From a virus (lineage: Duplodnaviria > Caudoviricetes), in IMG/VR virus record IMGVR_UViG_3300022158_000006, positions 1 to 31,546 of that record: a DNA stretch of 31,546 bases; one strand, 5' to 3'. A program made the position numbers and the translations under genes. How positions within the stretch are numbered: position 1 is the stretch's first letter; each line of letters opens with the position of its first letter. The notes beneath the pieces were generated by a model, which made no database searches, was not told the origin of the DNA, and was given only the letters and a program-made list of their open reading frames with translations. This document shows positions 26,286-31,546 of the stretch, one piece after another.

Positions 26286-26314
26286 AGGCTAGCTTAATGT
26301 TAGCCTTTTTTTTT
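26286..26314 (+). terminator. Rho-independent terminator
   Basis: AGGCTAGC-TTAAT-GTTAGCCT followed by a T-run. Confidence 0.8.
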
Positions 26315-26320
26315 GCACCT

Positions 26321-26354
26321 ATGCAAAATAATTGCTTTTTAGCGTTATATATGT
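26321..26354 (+). promoter_or_regulatory. Putative late promoter
   Basis: ATGCAAAA-N14-CGTTATATA-N3-ATG immediately after a terminator. Confidence 0.75.
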
Positions 26355-26774
26355 ATGAAGATACTTACTACTAGTACGGCAGCACAGAGTCTAAGATTTG
26401 TTCCTAGAGATTATGTTACTAGTGCTACGCTATATATAAGAGATGATAGTACCAATGTAACTACTAATCAAGCGGTAGAATTAATACAGGATGGTGATGA
26501 GCTAGTATATACAGCAAGTTTTGAGCTAATAGAGGGAAGATTCTATGATTTTGATTTTGTTGTAGATCCTAACTTGTGGGAGCAAAACACTTTGCTATGG
26601 AATATGAACTATGACAAGTGGGAGGATTCTCAGGGTGCAGCTCTTAGTTTGTATAAGGATAAGATATTCTGCACGGATCAGCCTTTAGATCAGACAGAGG
26701 ATGAGTACTACACAGTAAATAAAAATGAGTATGTTACAGAAAAGACATACGATAATGAGTACATAATAATATGA
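26355..26774 (+). CDS. Hypothetical virion protein (possible head closure)
   Basis: ORF track; directly upstream of the portal. Confidence 0.65.
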   Translation: MKILTTSTAAQSLRFVPRDYVTSATLYIRDDSTNVTTNQAVELIQDGDELVYTASFELIEGRFYDFDFVVDPNLWEQNTLLWNMNYDKWEDSQGAALSLYKDKIFCTDQPLDQTEDEYYTVNKNEYVTEKTYDNEYIII

Positions 26775-28552
26775 GAAAGCTAAAGAATCAAAGACCTGCT
26801 TTAAAGCCTAAGTCTCAATCAGAGGTGCATCTAGTTAATCTAAGTACCTACACTTCTCCTAAAATCAAGGAAGTAAGAGGCAAAGAATGGGTGTCCTATG
26901 GAGAGGATAACAATTACTATCAGTTTTTGATTGATAGATACAATGGATCGCCTACTAACAATGCCGCTATTAATGGCTTGTCAGAGATGATTTACGGAAA
27001 AGGCTTAGATGCTACTGACTCTAACAGAAAGCCTGACCAATATGCACAGATGATTACTTTGCTTAAAAAAGACTGTGTAAGAAAGCTAGTTTTTGACTTA
27101 AAACTAATGGGTAGCTGTGCAATGCAGATTATCTACTCTAAGGACAGAACAAAAGTAGCTCAGGTAGAGCATTTTCCTATTGAAACACTAAGAGCTGAGA
27201 AATGCAATGAAGAAGGAGATATAGAGGCTTACTACTATTTTAAGGACTGGGCAAATATCAAACCCACAGATGAGCCTAAAAGAATACCTTGCTTTGGATA
27301 TAGCAGAGAGTCAATAGAGATTTATGTAGTTAAGCCTTACAGAGCAGGATTTTATTACTATTCACCTGTAGATTATCAAGGAGGATTGCAGTATAGCGAG
27401 CTAGAGGAGGAAATTTCTAACTATCATTTAAATAATATCCTAAATGGCTTAGCACCATCTATGCTTATCAACTTCAATAATGGAGTACCTAATGAAGAGC
27501 AAAGAAGATTGATTGAGAATAGAATATATGAGAAGTTCTCAGGCAGCTCAAATGCAGGGAAGTTTATTCTTAGCTTCAATGACAATGCAGATGCACAGGC
27601 TAATATTGAGCCAGTTCAACTATCAGATGCTCACAATCAGTATCAGTTCTTATCAGATGAGAGTGCTAGAAAGATACTAGTAAGCCATAGAATCGTTTCT
27701 CCTATGCTTTTAGGTATCAAGGATAACACAGGGCTAGGAAATAACGCAGACGAGCTTAAAACAGCCTCTATTTTGATGGATAACACAGTTATTAGACCTT
27801 TTCAAACTTTATTGATAGATGCTTTTGATCAGATACTAGCTTATAACAGCATTTCTCTTAATCTATACTTTAAAACTCTACAGCCACTAGAATTTACAGA
27901 CTTAGAAAATGTGGTAGATGATGAAACAAGAGAAGAAGAGACAGGAGTAAAAATGAGCAAGCAAAATCCTGAGGCTACTGAGGAGCTTGCAGACCTATTG
28001 CAAGAGTTTGGAGAAGATGAGGATTTAGATAACTGGGTGCTTGTTGATGAGAGAGCGGTAGATTACGATCAAGAGGAGGCTTTAGATAAAATGATAGGAC
28101 TAGCCTCTACAGGAACTGCTAGACCAAATGCAAAGAGCGAGCAAGATGGAGAAGAGGATAACCTAAGATTCAAAGTAAGATACCAATATGCACCACTAAG
28201 AACCTCAGATAACTCAAGAGAGTTTTGTCAAAAGATGGTAGCTGCTAAAAAGATTTATAGAAAAGAGGATATTCAAGCTATGGGTCAAAGAGCAGTTAAT
28301 GCAGGATGGGGTCCAAATGGAGCTAGTACTTATGATATTTGGCTATATAAAGGAGGAGGAGACTGTCATCACTTTTGGATGAGAAAAACCTATATGGCTA
28401 AGGGTGTTAATCCTGATGCTACTAATCCTAATGCAGAGATAAGCGTCAATAAAGCAAAGAAGGAAGGCTTTACTCCTGAGGTAAATGATCCTAAAGTAGC
28501 TAAGAGACCAAAAGATATGAAAAATAGAGGATTTTTAAAACCTAGAGGATAA
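26771..28552 (+). CDS. Portal protein with a C-terminal extension
   Basis: YGEDN.Y, SPTNNA, NGLAPS, FSGSSNAGK, HRIVSPMLLGI..GLGNNA motifs. Confidence 0.8.
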   Translation: MRKLKNQRPALKPKSQSEVHLVNLSTYTSPKIKEVRGKEWVSYGEDNNYYQFLIDRYNGSPTNNAAINGLSEMIYGKGLDATDSNRKPDQYAQMITLLKKDCVRKLVFDLKLMGSCAMQIIYSKDRTKVAQVEHFPIETLRAEKCNEEGDIEAYYYFKDWANIKPTDEPKRIPCFGYSRESIEIYVVKPYRAGFYYYSPVDYQGGLQYSELEEEISNYHLNNILNGLAPSMLINFNNGVPNEEQRRLIENRIYEKFSGSSNAGKFILSFNDNADAQANIEPVQLSDAHNQYQFLSDESARKILVSHRIVSPMLLGIKDNTGLGNNADELKTASILMDNTVIRPFQTLLIDAFDQILAYNSISLNLYFKTLQPLEFTDLENVVDDETREEETGVKMSKQNPEATEELADLLQEFGEDEDLDNWVLVDERAVDYDQEEALDKMIGLASTGTARPNAKSEQDGEEDNLRFKVRYQYAPLRTSDNSREFCQKMVAAKKIYRKEDIQAMGQRAVNAGWGPNGASTYDIWLYKGGGDCHHFWMRKTYMAKGVNPDATNPNAEISVNKAKKEGFTPEVNDPKVAKRPKDMKNRGFLKPRG

Positions 28553-29052
28553 TGGCTACAGCACTTTTTATAACAAGAACGGATCTAGTAAGAAATAGTG
28601 TCTTAGATGGCAACGTAGATACTGATAAGTTTATTCAGTTTATCAAAATTGCTCAAGAGATTCACGTCAGAAACTATCTAGGATCAGATTTATACAACAA
28701 GATTAGCAATGACATTCTAGCTAGTAACTTAACAGGAGACTATCTAACACTAGTAAACAATTATGTACAGCCTATGCTGATACACTATGCTATGATGGAC
28801 TACTTGCCATTTGCAGCCTATACAATTAAAAATGGAGGCATCTATAAGCACGTTAGCGAAACAGCAGAAACAGTTACAAAAGAGGAGGTGGATTACTTAG
28901 TGCAAAAGGAATTAGACATAGCAGAATACTACACAAGAAGATTCATAGATTATATGAGCTTTAATCAGAGCAAGTTTCCTGAGTACACATCTAACTCAAA
29001 TGATGACATCTATCCTTCACACGATGCAAACTTTAATGGCTGGGTGCTATGA
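28552..29052 (+). CDS. Putative head-tail adaptor protein
   Basis: AQE.H...LG..LY helical pattern; coupled to the portal gene. Confidence 0.6.
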   Translation: MATALFITRTDLVRNSVLDGNVDTDKFIQFIKIAQEIHVRNYLGSDLYNKISNDILASNLTGDYLTLVNNYVQPMLIHYAMMDYLPFAAYTIKNGGIYKHVSETAETVTKEEVDYLVQKELDIAEYYTRRFIDYMSFNQSKFPEYTSNSNDDIYPSHDANFNGWVL

Positions 29053-29144
29053 AATATAAACCAAAGCAAACCAATATTACAAAACTAAAACAGTACTTAA
29101 ATAAAATAACAAACAATGGCAACACTAACAGGAAATACAATTAA
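29049..29144 (+). CDS. Possible small basic peptide (31 aa)
   Basis: Hand-translated MKYKPKQTNITKLKQYLNK...; ATGA coupling. Confidence 0.4.
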   Translation: MKYKPKQTNITKLKQYLNKITNNGNTNRKYN

Positions 29145-31546
29145 GGACACTTATCAGTCGCTCCTTAAAGTAAATGACAATGGAGAGCTAGCAGCAACTC
29201 TTCAAGAGATTACAGATGGAGTTGGTAATGGCTCAGGTGTCAGCTTAAACACAACTGGTGATCTTAAAGCAGAGGGAACTATTGAGTTTGGCTCTTTGAA
29301 AGACACAGGAGAAGCTATCACTATAACAAAGTTTGTAGATGAGGCTGATGGTATTGCAAATAACGATAATGATACTTCTATTCCTACTTCTGCTGCCATT
29401 ATAGATTATGTAGCTGCAAAAATTACAGAAGAGGATTTAGACTTTGCAGGAGATTCAGGTACTGGCTCTGTAGATTTAGACTCTCAGACTTTCACTATTG
29501 GAGGTACTGCTAATCAAATAGAAACTACAGCAACTGGTCAAAGCCTTACTATAGCTTTTCCTAGCGCAGGTGTTGTTTTACCTGATGGTTCTACTGCTAC
29601 TACTCAAGCTATTTCTGACGACTCAACAAAGGTTGCTACTACTGCTTATGTTAAATCAGTTCTTACTCAAGAGGACTTAGATTTTCAAGGTGATACAGGA
29701 ACAGGAAGTGTGGACTTAGATTCTGAGGTGCTAGATATTGCAGGAGGTACAGGAATTGATACGGTAGCATCAGGGCAAACTCTTACAGTTAATATTGATA
29801 GCACAGTAGCAACGCTTACAGGCACTCAGACGCTTACTAACAAAACAATAAATGCTGATAATAATACTATCTCAAACTTAGAAGTAGATAACTTAAAAGC
29901 AGGAGTATTAGATACAGATTTGACTACTGTTTCAGCATCAGATGATACTTTAGCTTCGGCAAAAGCGATTAAGACTTATGTAGATGCTAATATCACAGCT
30001 CAGGACTTAGATATAACAGATGGAACTACTACCTCAGCAGTAGATTTGGATTCTCAGACAATGACTATCCAAGGCACAGCTAATGAGGTGGAGGTTAGCT
30101 TAACAGATCAGACTTTTACAGTAGGACTTCCTGATACTATCAATGTAAATGTTTCAGGTAACATCACAGGAGACATCACAGGCAATGCAGGTACAGCTAC
30201 TGCTTTAGAAACAGCTAGAGATATTGCATTATCAGGAGACGTAGTAGGATCAGCTAGCTTTGATGGTACTGCTAATATTACAATAGCTGCCACTATTCAG
30301 GCTGACTCAGTAGCACTAGGAACAGATACCACAGGAGACTATGTAGCTAACTTAGGAACTGGTACAGGGGTTACTATTGCAAGCAACACAGGAGAAGGAT
30401 CACAGCCTACAATTTCAGTAGATTATGGCTCAACAGCTAACACAGCAGTAGAGGGAGATACTGAGATTACAATAAGCGGCACTACAAACCAAATAGAAAT
30501 AACAGGAACTGCTAATCAAGCACTAGGAGGTTCACCATCTTACACAGTAGGCTTACCTGATGATGTTACAATAGCAGGCAGCTTGATAGTTAGCAATGAT
30601 CTAACAGTAAATGGTACTACTACCACAGTAAACACTCAGACGCTATCAGTAGAAGATCCACTAATTGCTTTGGCTATTGCTAATGATGCTAACTCAGTAG
30701 ATACAGGATTCTATGCTAAATACTCTTTAGATTCAGGTGTTACTACTAAGTTTGCAGGGTTATTTAAGGATGCTTCAGATACTGATACTTTTAAGCTATT
30801 TAAAGGCTTAGAGGTAGAGCCTACTACTACTGTTGATACGGCAGGCACAGGATATGCTTTAGCAGACATTCAGGTAGCAGGATTAGAGGCCACTACAATT
30901 GTAAAAACAGGAGGATCATCTACAGAGTTCTTAAAAGCAGATGGCTCAATAGATTCTAACACTTACCTCACAGCAGAAAGCGACACTTTAGATGCTGTTA
31001 CAACAAGAGGCAACACTACTACTAACTCAATAGAAGTAGGAGCTGCTACAATCACAGGCGACCTTACAGTAGATACAAACACTTTATACGTTGATAGTAC
31101 TGACAATCGAGTGGGGATAGGTACTACGAGTATTAATTCTAAAGTTCAAATAGAACAACCGCAACAAATATCAGGTGCATTTTCAAATCCATTTATTAAA
31201 TTATCAAATTCAGCACAAACTGACAATATTGGTACAACTGCAATAGCTTTAGCAACTTCTACTGCTGATAATTATGGATATGCTATAAGTGCAAAAAGAG
31301 GCACAAGTGGAGCTGATTCAAGTTTTATTATAACACATCACGACAATAGTTTAACTGGCACAGAACGAATGCGTATCGACTCAAGTGGTAATGTAGGAAT
31401 AGGGACTGATAATCCGAGTGCGGGGATTCACGTTAAACACGGAAGTATAACTACTTCTTCTGACTATTCAAGTTTTTTATCAAACGCAACTGCTAAAATA
31501 GTTGCAAATCATTCAAGTGAATATGGTATTTCGATTGGTTATGCTA
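29116..31546 (+). CDS. Tail fibre protein, 5' part (runs off the window; absent from the ORF track); joins 416-2316 in frame, about 1443 aa in total
   Basis: ATG 29116 MATLTGNTIKDTYQSLLK; no stop seen; three DLD..D....VDLDS repeats, VEDPLI, then RVGIGT/GNVGIGT modules; repeat offset 31131 is a multiple of 3. Confidence 0.88.
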   Translation, partial: MATLTGNTIKDTYQSLLKVNDNGELAATLQEITDGVGNGSGVSLNTTGDLKAEGTIEFGSLKDTGEAITITKFVDEADGIANNDNDTSIPTSAAIIDYVAAKITEEDLDFAGDSGTGSVDLDSQTFTIGGTANQIETTATGQSLTIAFPSAGVVLPDGSTATTQAISDDSTKVATTAYVKSVLTQEDLDFQGDTGTGSVDLDSEVLDIAGGTGIDTVASGQTLTVNIDSTVATLTGTQTLTNKTINADNNTISNLEVDNLKAGVLDTDLTTVSASDDTLASAKAIKTYVDANITAQDLDITDGTTTSAVDLDSQTMTIQGTANEVEVSLTDQTFTVGLPDTINVNVSGNITGDITGNAGTATALETARDIALSGDVVGSASFDGTANITIAATIQADSVALGTDTTGDYVANLGTGTGVTIASNTGEGSQPTISVDYGSTANTAVEGDTEITISGTTNQIEITGTANQALGGSPSYTVGLPDDVTIAGSLIVSNDLTVNGTTTTVNTQTLSVEDPLIALAIANDANSVDTGFYAKYSLDSGVTTKFAGLFKDASDTDTFKLFKGLEVEPTTTVDTAGTGYALADIQVAGLEATTIVKTGGSSTEFLKADGSIDSNTYLTAESDTLDAVTTRGNTTTNSIEVGAATITGDLTVDTNTLYVDSTDNRVGIGTTSINSKVQIEQPQQISGAFSNPFIKLSNSAQTDNIGTTAIALATSTADNYGYAISAKRGTSGADSSFIITHHDNSLTGTERMRIDSSGNVGIGTDNPSAGIHVKHGSITTSSDYSSFLSNATAKIVANHSSEYGISIGYA
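31390..31546 (+). repeat. Copy 2 of the 157-bp repeat (circularisation overlap)
   Basis: Matches 259-415; the last 127 bp are an exact match to 289-415. Confidence 0.97.

Noticed and set aside
1206-30293. Minus-strand ORFs in the track (e.g. 1206-1640, 6665-6967, 7334-7654, 15230-15511, 29202-29399, 30108-30293)
   Set aside because: All are antisense shadows of well-supported + strand genes and have no recognisable motifs
31390-31546. Physical direct terminal repeat of the virion DNA
   Set aside because: Lies mid-gene, does not start at base 1, and the exact match is 127 bp, typical of an assembly overlap
1-31546. Stop-codon reassignment suggested by abundant TAG
   Set aside because: Genes tile densely under the standard code; TAGs are out of frame or true stops
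1-31546. Prophage or temperate module, tRNA or rRNA genes
   Set aside because: No integrase, repressor, att-like pair, host genes or cloverleaf-like sequence recognised

Overview
Apparently complete ~31.1 kb genome of a small tailed dsDNA phage with a siphovirus-like gene set, probably infecting Bacteroidota/Flavobacteriia (TAnnTTTG promoters, no obvious Shine-Dalgarno sites). All credible genes are on the + strand. Gene order: tail-fibre 3' part, lysis, repeat-rich intergenic region, replication/recombination genes with a phage sigma factor, an AT-rich nucleotide-metabolism island, terminase, tail, tape measure, head, portal, tail-fibre 5' part. Bases 31390-31546 repeat 259-415 in frame, closing a 31,131-bp circle, but 1-258 carry a different fibre module from the one at 31108-31389. 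No integrase, repressor, DNA polymerase, primase or tRNA was recognised. Main findings: (1) a cassette resembling a miniature T4 cytosine-modification system (dCMP-hydroxymethylase-type enzyme, GIY-YIG/MazG fusion, DUF6378-like protein); (2) a modular tail fibre with nucleotide-conserved linkers and two alternative modules; (3) a four-copy late-promoter motif implying leaderless mRNAs; (4) an unannotated -1 frameshift product; (5) a candidate sRNA antisense to early-gene start codons; (6) apparent absence of CATG. All protein calls come from motif recognition by eye, without database searches.
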